NCBI GenBank assembly: GCA_040218735.1
Contig: JAVJQW010000050.1
Coordinates: forward strand, 224,001-288,000
Reading direction: 5' to 3'
Origin: Deltaproteobacteria bacterium
GTDB lineage: Bacteria > Myxococcota > Kuafuiibacteriia > Kuafuiibacteriales > Kuafuiibacteriaceae
Length of the DNA stretch: 64,000 nt
Position numbers and translations under genes: made by a program. Below the pieces are notes generated by a model, which saw nothing but the letters and a program-made list of their open reading frames with translations, was not told where the DNA came from and searched no databases. Shown here in pieces: positions 39,954 through 49,167 of this stretch (position 1 is the stretch's first letter; each line of letters opens with the position of its first letter).

Positions 39954-40745
39954 CTACTCCGACAGGTGCGCAAGCGCCGGCGCATCCGAGCGCACCGGCC
40001 ACGGCACCTCCACCGCCTCGTGCACGTTCACGCCGCGCGGCGTGCCCATGACGTCGAGCATCACCTTCAGGTCCGCGAACTCCCACGCGTAGCGCGACTG
40101 CGTGTACAGCGGGAACGCATCGGCGCTCGGCGCGTCGGGGAGCGGTCGCTTCACCATCTTCGGTTCGCCGTAAGTCTTGGTCAGCGCGTCGAGCGTCGCC
40201 TTCGCGTCGTGCCATGCGGCCTGCGACGTCTTGTGGTTGCGGCGGTACGAGGCGTGGCGCACCGGGTGCTCCGGCGAGTCGAGCACGAAGAGCACACGTC
40301 CCACGCCGTCGCGTTCGCGATCCGCGAGCTGGGCGGCCTTCGTGTCCTCGCAGGAGTAACGAACCTGTGGGTTCTTCTCCATCGGGCTCTTCTTCTTCGC
40401 CGACGCGCTGCTCGTCGCGTCGACCTCGATGCCCTGCGCCATCTTCTCCTCGCGCTCCTTCTTCTTCATCGCGCGCATCTGCTTCATCAGCGCGCGCGCC
40501 GACGTGTCCTTGCAGTCGAGGCCACGCGCCGAGGCGAGGCCCTTCACGTCGTCGAAGGTGCTCTTCCCGACTTCGACCCCGAGCAGCGCCGTGGTCGGCG
40601 CGCGCGGGCCGGGCCCGAGCTCGGCAAAGTCAGGGAGGACGACCTCATCGGCCGCACGACGCATCATGATGCCGCGCCAGCTGTAGTACGCGCCGGCGGC
40701 GACGATCGCGATGACGGGGACGAGGAAGAGGAGCTTCTTCTTCAT
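39954..40745 (-). CDS. Hypothetical protein with N-terminal membrane anchor
   Basis: MKKKLLFLVPVIAIVAAGAYY; typical codon use; lies downstream of the globin gene. Confidence 0.7.
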   Translation of the reverse strand: MKKKLLFLVPVIAIVAAGAYYSWRGIMMRRAADEVVLPDFAELGPGPRAPTTALLGVEVGKSTFDDVKGLASARGLDCKDTSARALMKQMRAMKKKEREEKMAQGIEVDATSSASAKKKSPMEKNPQVRYSCEDTKAAQLADRERDGVGRVLFVLDSPEHPVRHASYRRNHKTSQAAWHDAKATLDALTKTYGEPKMVKRPLPDAPSADAFPLYTQSRYAWEFADLKVMLDVMGTPRGVNVHEAVEVPWPVRSDAPALAHLSE

Positions 40746-40800
40746 GGCGATCTCTTTCGTTTCGTTCGGGGTTCGTTCGGATTGTCGGGACAGGTTGGCC

Positions 40801-40845
40801 CGGAGTCGGTGCCCGGCGAAAGGGGTGCACCGAACACCGACTCCG
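40801..40845 (-). terminator. Stem-loop just downstream of the multi-globin gene
   Basis: cggagtcggtg (40801-40811) and caccgactccg (40835-40845) form an 11-bp perfect stem; no U tract. Confidence 0.45.
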
Positions 40846-40858
40846 AGACCGAACAGGC

Positions 40859-43147
40859 CTAGTTACACGACGCGCTGTCCGCGACGATGTCGGGGCACAG
40901 CGGCGCCAGCGCGTTCACGATCGCCGTGCGATCCGCCATCGTGACCCCCGCCTGCGTCATCGCGTCCACGAGGTGGCCGACGAGCTGGTTGAAGTCCGCG
41001 ATGGTGATCGCCGCGCCCGCGCCGCCCGGCGGGTTCGTGGCGTTCATGTGCGACGACAGCATGTCGCGACACTCGACGACCTGGCCGTTGATCATCAGCT
41101 CCGGCTCCACGCCCGCGCCGTACACACACGGCCCGTCGATCGAGCAGACCTGACGCACGAGGCAGGTGCTGAGTCGGTCCGCGTCCGCGAGGCCGAAGAA
41201 GCCGACGAGCGTCGGGTCCATGACGATGCGCTGGACGAGGTCCGCGACCACCAGGTCGATCGCCGGCTTGCGGCCGACGCGCTGGTAGACCGTCGCGTTG
41301 CTGTCCGGGTCCTCGACGACCGTCGCCACGAAGGGTGCGTCGGTGAGGGCCGCGACGATCGCGTCGATGTCCGCCTGCAGGACGCCCGCGTCGGTGAGCG
41401 CACCGACGAGGTGCCCGGCGAGGTCGTTGTAGTCGTTCTGCGAGATGCCGAGGCCCATGTGCACGGACGTCATGTCGGCGCACGGCTCGATCGTCCCGTC
41501 CATGCCGCGGTCGAGCTCGGTCTCCACGCCCTCGCCGTAGATGCAGGGGCCGCCGGTGAGGCCGCAGACCTGACGCACGAGGCACGTGGTCAGCCGCGCC
41601 GCGTCGACGCTGTTGTTGAGGAAGTAGCCGTTGATGCGCGGGTCCGCGACGACGCGACCGACGAAGTCGTTCACCACCGTGGCGACCGCGGGCTTGCGGC
41701 CGGCGCGCTGGTAGATCGTCGCGTTGCTGTTCGCGTCCTCGACGATCGTCGAGACAAACGTCGGCTCGGTGAGCGCGGAGACGATCGCGTCGATGTCCGT
41801 CTGCGCGACACCGGCGTCGGTGAGCGCGCCGACGAGGTCCGCCGCGAGGTCGTTGTAGTCGTTCATCGAGATGCCGAGGTTCTCGTGCACCGCCAACATC
41901 GACGCACACGGGTCCGCCGTGCCGTCGCCGTCGCGGTCGAGCTCGGGCTCCACGCCCTCGCCGTACACACACGGGCCGCCCGTCAGGCCGCAGACCTGGC
42001 GAACGAGGCAGGTCGTGAGGCGCGCGCCGTCGACCGAGCTGTTGAGGAAGTAACCGTTGATCGCGGCGTTCGAAACGACACGGCCGACGAAGTCACCGAT
42101 CACCAACTGCACGGCGGGCTTGCGGCCGGCGCGCTGGTAGATCGTGTTGTCGCTGTTCGGGTCCTCGACGATCGTGTTCACGAAGGCGGGGTCGGTCAGC
42201 GCGGCGACGATCGTGTCGATGTCCGCCTGCGCGACGCCCGCGTCGGTGAGCTGCGTGACGAGGTGACCCGCGAGGTCCATGTAGTCGTTCGACGAGATGC
42301 CGAGGCCCTGGTGAACCGACGTCATGTCGACGCACGGCTCGGCGGTGCCGTCGCCATCGCGATCGAGCTCCGGCTCGACGCCCGCGCCGTACGCGCAGGG
42401 CCCACCGGTCAGACCGCAGACCTGGCGTACGAGGCACGTCGACAGGCGCGCCGCGTCGACGCGGCTGTTCAGGAAGTAGCCGTTGATGCGCGCGTCCGCG
42501 ACGACGTCGCCGATGAACCCGGCGATGACCGTCTGGATGGCCGGCTTGCGACCGACGCGCTGGTAGATCGTCGCGTTGTCGTCCGCGTCCTCGATGATGA
42601 TGTCACCGAGGGGGGAGATCGCCGTGACGACCGCGTCCACGTCGGAGGCTGCGACACCCGCGTCGTTGAGCGCGTCGACCAGGTGCGTCGCGAGGTCCGT
42701 GAAGTCCTGCGTCGAGATGCCGAGCCCCGCGTGGGAGTCCGTCATGTTCCGGCAGCCGTCCGCGTCCGGGCCCTCGCCTTCGGCGGGGTAGGTCTGCGGC
42801 CCGCCGCTGACGGCGCCGACCTGCTTCACGAGGCAGAGCGCGAGGCGGGTGCCGTTCACGCCGTCGTTGAGGAAGTAGCCGTTGATCGCGGGATCGGCGA
42901 CGACGCGCCCCACGAAGTCCTGGATGACGGTCGTGATGCCCGCCTCGCCGCCGAGGCGGTCGTAGAGCGTGCCGACGACCTCGCCGCCGTCGCGTTCGGT
43001 CCCGCCGTCGCGCTGCGCGGCCGGTCCTCCGTCACGGGGCTCGCCGTCGTCCCCGTCGTCGTCGTCGCCGGAGCAGCCCACGGCGAGCGCGAGCGCGCTG
43101 GCCGTCAGGGCGTTGAATAGAAGTGATCTGGAGCGTTTGCGAAACAT
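40859..43147 (-). CDS. Lipoprotein with five tandem group I (2/2, trHbN-like) truncated hemoglobin domains, 762 aa
   Basis: GGAGG RBS, ATG 43147, lipobox LAVGC. Five repeats: T[LIV]Y.R.G...[IV]..[VI]..F...V..D..IN.YF ... GGP..Y ... M...H..LGIS..D[FY]..L...L...L..AGV, each with the proximal His. Confidence 0.92.
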   Translation of the reverse strand: MFRKRSRSLLFNALTASALALAVGCSGDDDDGDDGEPRDGGPAAQRDGGTERDGGEVVGTLYDRLGGEAGITTVIQDFVGRVVADPAINGYFLNDGVNGTRLALCLVKQVGAVSGGPQTYPAEGEGPDADGCRNMTDSHAGLGISTQDFTDLATHLVDALNDAGVAASDVDAVVTAISPLGDIIIEDADDNATIYQRVGRKPAIQTVIAGFIGDVVADARINGYFLNSRVDAARLSTCLVRQVCGLTGGPCAYGAGVEPELDRDGDGTAEPCVDMTSVHQGLGISSNDYMDLAGHLVTQLTDAGVAQADIDTIVAALTDPAFVNTIVEDPNSDNTIYQRAGRKPAVQLVIGDFVGRVVSNAAINGYFLNSSVDGARLTTCLVRQVCGLTGGPCVYGEGVEPELDRDGDGTADPCASMLAVHENLGISMNDYNDLAADLVGALTDAGVAQTDIDAIVSALTEPTFVSTIVEDANSNATIYQRAGRKPAVATVVNDFVGRVVADPRINGYFLNNSVDAARLTTCLVRQVCGLTGGPCIYGEGVETELDRGMDGTIEPCADMTSVHMGLGISQNDYNDLAGHLVGALTDAGVLQADIDAIVAALTDAPFVATVVEDPDSNATVYQRVGRKPAIDLVVADLVQRIVMDPTLVGFFGLADADRLSTCLVRQVCSIDGPCVYGAGVEPELMINGQVVECRDMLSSHMNATNPPGGAGAAITIADFNQLVGHLVDAMTQAGVTMADRTAIVNALAPLCPDIVADSASCN
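41293..42571 (-). repeat. Exact 426-bp (142-aa) periodicity of globin domains 2-5
   Basis: T[IV]YQR starts at 42571, 42145, 41719 and 41293; domain 1 starts at 42970. Confidence 0.9.
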
Positions 43148-43305
43148 CGTACCTCCTGAGCGTTCGCGTGGGATCGGAGCGGATACGCCGGCCGCTTCGG
43201 ATCGGATCACTTTCGAAAGGACGTTTCGGGTGTGTGCGTACCATTGCCCACCGCGCGTCTTTGGCGCTATGCCCTCCCCGCCGTGTTAGATTCGGGACCG
43301 ACACC

Positions 43306-44655
43306 ATGACCGAAGCCGATCCGGCGTCTGGGCTAGGGCTGAAGCTGGCCCTGACCGCCATCTTCGTCGCCCTCAATGGTTTCTTCGTCGCCGCCGAGTT
43401 TGCGCTCGTCAAAGTGCGGCCGACGCGCATCGAGGCGCTCGCCCGGACGGGCGACAGCAAGGCGATCGTCGTCCAGTCGATCCTGAAGAACCTGAACGCC
43501 TACCTCTCCGGGTGCCAGCTGGGCATCACCATCGCGAGCCTCGTGCTCGGTTGGCTGGCCGAACCCGCGATCGCCAAGCTGCTGGTCGTCGGCCTGCAGG
43601 CGGCGGGCGTCCAGGTCGGGGACACCGGCGTCCTCCACATCGTCGCCCTCGCCATCGCCCTGACCATCGTGACGATCCTCCACATGACGATCGGCGAGCA
43701 GGCGCCGAAGATCTGGGCGATTCAGGAGCCGGAGAAGCTCGCGCTGTGGTGCGCGTACCCGCTCAAGCTGTTCTTCTCGCTGTTCCGCCCGTTCATCTGG
43801 CTGGTCGACCGCATCTCCAGCCTCCTCCTGAGGATGGTCGGGCTGCAGGTCGCCGACGAACACGGCGGCGTCGAGGACGTCGAGGAATTGCGCGCCATAC
43901 TGAGGGCGGCGTCCGAGGCCGGACACATCTCCGGCCGACAGCGCACCCTCGGCGAGAACATCCTCGGGCTGATGCGCCTGGAGGTCCGGCACATCATGCT
44001 GCCGCGCGTCGACGTGGTGTACCTGTCGACGTCGAAGACCGACGACGAAAACCTCGAGATCATCAAGTCGGCCGGGCACTCGCGGTACCCGTTCTGTAAC
44101 CCCGACCTCGACACGGTGACCGGCCTCGTCCACACGCGCGATGTCGTGCGGAGGCTCATCCAGGAGGACACCGTCGACCTCGAGCAGCTCGTGCGCCCCT
44201 TCCCGTCGGTGCCCGACACCCAGCCGATCGCCCGCCTGATCCTCGACATGCAGCGCGGGCAGGCGCACTCCGCGCTCGTCGTCGACGAACACGGAACGAG
44301 CGTCGGCATGGTGTTCCTGGAGGACGCGCTCGAAGAGATCGTCGGCCCAATCCACGACGAATTCGACAACCGCGCGCCGTGGATCGAAGCCAAGGGTGAC
44401 AGCTTCGAGATGGCCGGCAGCGTGCCCCTCCCGGACGCCGCCGAGACCCTCGGGCTCGACCTCGGGACCGAGGAGGACACGATCGGCGGCTTCATCGTCT
44501 CGCGCCTCAAGCGGCTCCCGGTCGAAGGCGACGAGGTCGAGGTGCTCCCGTTCCGCGCGAAGGTCATTTCCATGTCGCGGCGCCGCGTGACGCGCGTGCG
44601 CTTCGAGCGCCTCCCGGAGGAGTCGCCAGGCGCCGAGCCGGTGGCTTCGGCCTGA
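43306..44655 (+). CDS. CNNM/HlyC/CorC-family (DUF21-CBS-CorC) divalent cation transporter
   Basis: LNGFFVAAEFALV, QLGITIASLVLGW..EP, GEQAPK, GHSRYP, VVDEHG, LEDALEEIVG.I.DEFD. Confidence 0.93.
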   Translation: MTEADPASGLGLKLALTAIFVALNGFFVAAEFALVKVRPTRIEALARTGDSKAIVVQSILKNLNAYLSGCQLGITIASLVLGWLAEPAIAKLLVVGLQAAGVQVGDTGVLHIVALAIALTIVTILHMTIGEQAPKIWAIQEPEKLALWCAYPLKLFFSLFRPFIWLVDRISSLLLRMVGLQVADEHGGVEDVEELRAILRAASEAGHISGRQRTLGENILGLMRLEVRHIMLPRVDVVYLSTSKTDDENLEIIKSAGHSRYPFCNPDLDTVTGLVHTRDVVRRLIQEDTVDLEQLVRPFPSVPDTQPIARLILDMQRGQAHSALVVDEHGTSVGMVFLEDALEEIVGPIHDEFDNRAPWIEAKGDSFEMAGSVPLPDAAETLGLDLGTEEDTIGGFIVSRLKRLPVEGDEVEVLPFRAKVISMSRRRVTRVRFERLPEESPGAEPVASA

Positions 44656-44667
44656 GGGACCCGCCCC

Positions 44668-45810
44668 TTGCGGACGGCGAAGCGCACCGCCGCGGTGCTG
44701 GTCGCCGCGTTCGCGGTGTTCCTCTTCGGCTTCGCGGCCTCCCTCGCGGACCGTCTGCTGAACCCCACCTTCGACGCACCGATCGCGACGTCCACGACGG
44801 CCGCTGCGCTTCACGCCTCGTTGCGCGTCGTCGACCTCCACGCCGACTCGCTGGTGTGGGAGCGCTCGCTCGCCGAGCGCGGGACGACCGGGCACGTCGA
44901 CGTCCCGCGTTTGATCGAAGGGCACGTCGCGCTGCAGGTGTTGGCGCTGCCGACGAAGTCGCCGCTCGGTCAGAACTTCGAGCGCACCGAAGACGGGTGG
45001 ATCGATCAGATCACCGTGCTCGGCGTGGCGCAGCTGTGGCCGCTCGACGCGTGGACGAGCCTCGAAGCGCGCGCGCACCTGCACGCCGCGGAGCTCGCGG
45101 CGCTCGACGCCGAGCGGGACGACCTGTTCGTGGTGCGCAACGTTCAAGATCTCGATCGTGTCGGCGAAGGCGGCGTCGCGGCGCTCCTCGCCATCGAAGG
45201 CGCGCACTGCCTGGAAGGTGACGTCGAGGCCGTCGACCGTCTGTTCGCCGCCGGCTTCCGGATGTTCGGGCTGACGCACTTCTTCGACAACGAGCTCGGC
45301 GGCTCGGCGCACGGCGTCGACAAGGGCGGCCTCACGGACTTTGGCCGCGCGGTGGTCGAGCGCATGGAGGCGCTGTCCATCGTCGTCGACCTCGCCCACG
45401 CGTCCCCTGCGGTGATCGACGACGTCCTCGACGTCGTGAAGCGCCCGGTCGTCGTCAGCCACACCGGCGTCCGCGGCGTCTGCGACAACGACAGGAACCT
45501 CACCGACGCCCAGCTCTTCCGCATCCGCGACAACGGCGGCGTCATCGGTATCGGCTTCTGGCCGGCCGCGGTGTGCGGCGACGATGCGGCCGCGATCGCG
45601 AAGTCCATCGCCTACGTCGCCGATCGCATCGGCGCCGACCACGTCGCGCTGGGCTCCGACTACGACGGCGCCGTCGGCGTACCCTTCGACGCCTCGGGCA
45701 TGGAGGCGCTCACCCACGCGCTCCTGGAGCGCGGCATGGACGACGAGACCATCGCGAAGATCATGGGTGAGAACACCCTCCGCGTCCTGCGCGCGTCGCT
45801 GCCTAATTGA
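44668..45810 (+). CDS. Membrane dipeptidase (peptidase M19)
   Basis: DLHAD, GHVDVPRL, IEGAH, THFFDN, DLAHAS, VSHTG, LGSDYDG, KIMGEN. Confidence 0.92.
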   Translation: MRTAKRTAAVLVAAFAVFLFGFAASLADRLLNPTFDAPIATSTTAAALHASLRVVDLHADSLVWERSLAERGTTGHVDVPRLIEGHVALQVLALPTKSPLGQNFERTEDGWIDQITVLGVAQLWPLDAWTSLEARAHLHAAELAALDAERDDLFVVRNVQDLDRVGEGGVAALLAIEGAHCLEGDVEAVDRLFAAGFRMFGLTHFFDNELGGSAHGVDKGGLTDFGRAVVERMEALSIVVDLAHASPAVIDDVLDVVKRPVVVSHTGVRGVCDNDRNLTDAQLFRIRDNGGVIGIGFWPAAVCGDDAAAIAKSIAYVADRIGADHVALGSDYDGAVGVPFDASGMEALTHALLERGMDDETIAKIMGENTLRVLRASLPN

Positions 45811-46984
45811 AGTTCAGGCTGTACGGGATCGACACCGACGACAGCTCCTTCGAGCGCACGCGCGGATACCTGAAGCTCCCGACCACGTCCTCGAGGCAGG
45901 TCTTCAGCTCTTCGGCGTAACGCGACGGGCGCACCGCGACCTCGTCCGGGCGGCCCTTGGCGCCGACGACCCACGAGATGGTGAGGTCGGTGCCCGCGAA
46001 GCGGTCCATGTCCTGACGCGCGACGTTCAACACACAGGACTCCAGCCACGGGAGCGCCTCGTGGTGCGTGCGGTCGAGCTCGTCGGAGGACAGCGGTCCG
46101 CGGCGCTGCGAGTGCCGCGAGTAGTCGGTGAGGAACACTCGCTTCGCCACCGCGAGCTGACGACGTGCACAGGTGCCCGCCTCGTTCTCGGCCTCCAGCT
46201 TTCGACACGCGCGCTGAAGCTCGCGCGTGCGCACGTAGAGCCGGCGCGCCTCGTCGTGGGAAGACGCTTCGAGTCCATTGAAACGAATCGCCGCGTCGAG
46301 CGCAGCTTCGTGATCGTCCTTGTCGGCGTACGCGTAGTAGAGCGCCTGCTGCGCCACGGCGCGCGCGCGCCACGACTTCGCCGAGGTGGCTTCCTTCGCC
46401 GCCTCGATCGCGGCGTCCGGCTCCCCCGACCGCGCGAGCACGAGCGCCTTCACCGCGCGCGCGAGCTCGACCCGCGCCCCGTCGCGATCGGCGCGGTACA
46501 CCCGCTCCGCCACGGCCAAGTCCTTGAGGGCCGCCTTGCGCTTCGCCTCCGACCGGCGCGGGTAGCGCTCGAACAAACGGAGCCGCTGGTCGTGTTTCAG
46601 GAGCTCGGTGACGCGGTTCGCTTCGTTCTTCCGCTTCGCCGCGAACAGCGCGCGACGACGCCTCGACAGCGCCCGCGCGCGACCCCGTCGATCGTCCAGC
46701 GCGGCGTGCGCCGCGTCGCGGTAACGACGCGCCGCCTCGACGTCCTTGTCCTGCACCTCGGCGATCCGCGCCCGCAGCATTTCGGCCGCGTGCCGCTCGG
46801 GGCCCCCGACCTTCGGCTCCTCGCTGGCCCCGAGGGCCTTCTTCGCCGCCGCCGCCGCCTCGTCGTACGCGCGGGCGCGAAGGTGTTTCTTCGCATCCGC
46901 CATCGCGGCGGCGTAGTCCGGGGCCTCACCGGGCGCCTGGACGAGGGCGAGCAGAGCCGGCACCAAGAGCCGCACGGGCCGCAT
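45803..46984 (-). CDS. Exported TPR-like protein with C-terminal AgmX/PglI (TonB-C-like) domain
   Basis: Signal MRPVRLLVPALLALVQA; helical repeats; C-terminal LESCV..GTDLTISWVVGAKG...LKTCLEDVVGSFRYP...SVSIPY. Confidence 0.7.
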   Translation of the reverse strand: MRPVRLLVPALLALVQAPGEAPDYAAAMADAKKHLRARAYDEAAAAAKKALGASEEPKVGGPERHAAEMLRARIAEVQDKDVEAARRYRDAAHAALDDRRGRARALSRRRRALFAAKRKNEANRVTELLKHDQRLRLFERYPRRSEAKRKAALKDLAVAERVYRADRDGARVELARAVKALVLARSGEPDAAIEAAKEATSAKSWRARAVAQQALYYAYADKDDHEAALDAAIRFNGLEASSHDEARRLYVRTRELQRACRKLEAENEAGTCARRQLAVAKRVFLTDYSRHSQRRGPLSSDELDRTHHEALPWLESCVLNVARQDMDRFAGTDLTISWVVGAKGRPDEVAVRPSRYAEELKTCLEDVVGSFRYPRVRSKELSSVSIPYSLNFN

Positions 46985-47088
46985 GGTCGCCCCGACCGGC
47001 CACCGCATCAACCCGACCCCGAGGATTGCCCCCCACGGCCCGCTAACGCCCATGACACGGGGCCATCGGTAGGCTACAACGCGCGGCG

Positions 47089-48606
47089 ATGATCCGCCGA
47101 GTGCTGGTCGCCAATCGGTCCGAGATCGCGGTCCGCGTCATGCGGACCTGCCGCGAGCTGGGTATCGAGACCGTCGCCGTCTACTCCGAGGCCGACCGCA
47201 CGGCGCTGCACACCGTGTACGCCGACGAGGCCTACCCGATCGGCCCCGCGCCTTCGACTGAGAGCTACCTGGTCGTCGACCGCATCATCGACGTCGCCAA
47301 ACGCGCCAAGGCCGACGCCATCCACCCGGGGTACGGGTTCCTCTCCGAGCGCGCCGAGTTCGCCGAGGCGTGCAAGGAAGCCGGCATCATCTTCATCGGT
47401 CCGTCGGCCCACGCGATCCGGACGATGGGGAGCAAGACCGTCGCGCGGCAGACGATGATCGCCGCGGGCGTCCCCGTCGTACCCGGCACCGCCGACCCGA
47501 TCGCCGACGTCGAAGAAGCCAAGAAGGTCGCCGTCGACATCGGCTTCCCCGTGATGCTCAAAGCCGCCGCGGGCGGCGGCGGCCGCGGGATGCGCCTGGT
47601 GCGCGACCCCGCCAAGCTCGGCGCCGCGTTCACCGCCGCGCAGCGCGAGGCCCTCGCCTCCTTCGGCGACGACGCCGTCTATCTCGAGCGTTTCATCGAA
47701 CGCCCGCGCCACATCGAGGTGCAGGTCTTCGGCGACAGCCACGGCAACGTCGTCCACCTCAACGAACGTGAGTGCTCCATTCAGCGCCGCAACCAGAAGG
47801 TCATCGAAGAGGCGCCGTCCGCGGTCGTCGACCCCGACCTTCGCGCGCGCATGGGTGAGGTCGCGGTGCGCGCGGCGAAGGCCGTCGACTACGTCGGCGC
47901 CGGCACCGTCGAGTTCCTCCTCGACGAGGACAAGAACTTCTACTTCCTCGAGATGAACACCCGCCTGCAGGTCGAGCACCCCGTCACCGAGCTGACGACC
48001 GGCTACGACCTCGTGAAGGAGCAGATCCGCGTCGCCGAGGGCGAAAAGCTCACCGTGCAGCCCCACGCCCCGACTGGGCACGCGATCGAGGCGCGCATCT
48101 ACGCGGAGAGCCCGGAGAACGGGTACCGCCCTTCGCCCGGGAAGATCCGATTCATCCGCGTCCCGGGCGGCTACGGCGTGCGGCTCGATACCGGCGTCTA
48201 TCCCGGCTACGAGGTGACGCCGTTCTACGACTCGCTGATCACGAAGCTCGTCGTGCACGCGGCCGATCGCGAGACCGCGATTCAGCGCCTCGACCGCGCG
48301 CTCGCGGAGTACGTCGTCAACGGCATCGACACCAACATCCAGTTCCTGCGCCGCATCGCGCAGCACCCCGGCTACAAGGCGGCCGAAACCACGACCGGCT
48401 TCATCGACGAACACGGCCTCGACCAACCGCCGAAGCCGTCCGACGCCAACGTGGAGGTCGCGATGATCGCCGCGGCGATTCGTCAGTACGAGTACGCGCA
48501 CGAGCTCGCGAACCAGTTCGTCGGTGACGACGACGACGGCGAGCAGACCACTTCGCGCTGGCGTCAGCTCGGTCGCATGGACGCCTTCAATCGGTACGAG
48601 TTCTAG
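47089..48606 (+). CDS. Biotin carboxylase subunit of an acyl-CoA carboxylase
   Basis: VLVANRSEIA, IHPGYGFLSE, GGGGRGMR, RECSIQRRNQK, FLEMNTRLQVEHPVTE, YDSLITKL. Confidence 0.95.
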   Translation: MIRRVLVANRSEIAVRVMRTCRELGIETVAVYSEADRTALHTVYADEAYPIGPAPSTESYLVVDRIIDVAKRAKADAIHPGYGFLSERAEFAEACKEAGIIFIGPSAHAIRTMGSKTVARQTMIAAGVPVVPGTADPIADVEEAKKVAVDIGFPVMLKAAAGGGGRGMRLVRDPAKLGAAFTAAQREALASFGDDAVYLERFIERPRHIEVQVFGDSHGNVVHLNERECSIQRRNQKVIEEAPSAVVDPDLRARMGEVAVRAAKAVDYVGAGTVEFLLDEDKNFYFLEMNTRLQVEHPVTELTTGYDLVKEQIRVAEGEKLTVQPHAPTGHAIEARIYAESPENGYRPSPGKIRFIRVPGGYGVRLDTGVYPGYEVTPFYDSLITKLVVHAADRETAIQRLDRALAEYVVNGIDTNIQFLRRIAQHPGYKAAETTTGFIDEHGLDQPPKPSDANVEVAMIAAAIRQYEYAHELANQFVGDDDDGEQTTSRWRQLGRMDAFNRYEF

Positions 48607-48608
48607 AC

Positions 48609-49136
48609 ATGAGCACGCATCAATTCATCGCGCGTCACGACGGCGACGAAAAGAAGATCTCCGTCGAGCGCACCGCGCCCGGGCACTACCGCGTCGTCGT
48701 CGACGGCGTCGCGCGCGACGTCGACGCCCGCGCGTTCGCCGCCGGCACCCTGAGCCTGTTGATCGACGACCGAAGCTACGACGTGGAGCTCGAGGTCGCC
48801 GGCGACAGCGAGGCGAAGGGCTCGTACAACACCCTCGTCCACGGCGAGGTCGTCCGCCTCGACGTCCTCGACGAACGCAAGGTGCGCATGGGCCTCACCA
48901 GCGCCGCGTTCGCCGTCGAGGGCCCCCAGACCGTCACCGCCCCGATGCCCGGCAAGGTCGTCGAGCTCGTCGTGAAGGTCGGCGACGAGGTCGAAGAGGG
49001 TGCGCCTTTGGTCATCATGGAAGCCATGAAGATGGAAAACGAGCTGAAGAGCCCCAAATCGGGCAAGATCTCGGCCGTCTTCGTCGAAAAGGGCGCGGCC
49101 GTGGAGGCCGGCGCCAAACTCATCTCCGTCGAGTGA
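48609..49136 (+). CDS. Biotin carboxyl carrier protein (BT-like domain + biotinyl domain)
   Basis: APMPGKV, MEAMKMENE biotinylation motif. Confidence 0.93.
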   Translation: MSTHQFIARHDGDEKKISVERTAPGHYRVVVDGVARDVDARAFAAGTLSLLIDDRSYDVELEVAGDSEAKGSYNTLVHGEVVRLDVLDERKVRMGLTSAAFAVEGPQTVTAPMPGKVVELVVKVGDEVEEGAPLVIMEAMKMENELKSPKSGKISAVFVEKGAAVEAGAKLISVE

Positions 49137-49167
49137 ATAAAACTCCGTTCCGAAAGGTCTCAGCGTC

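Noticed and set aside
43075-43147. Tat export signal on the multi-globin protein
   Set aside because: FRKRSRSLL has no adjacent twin Arg consensus. Only the lipobox is supported, so the export route and heme-loading site remain open.
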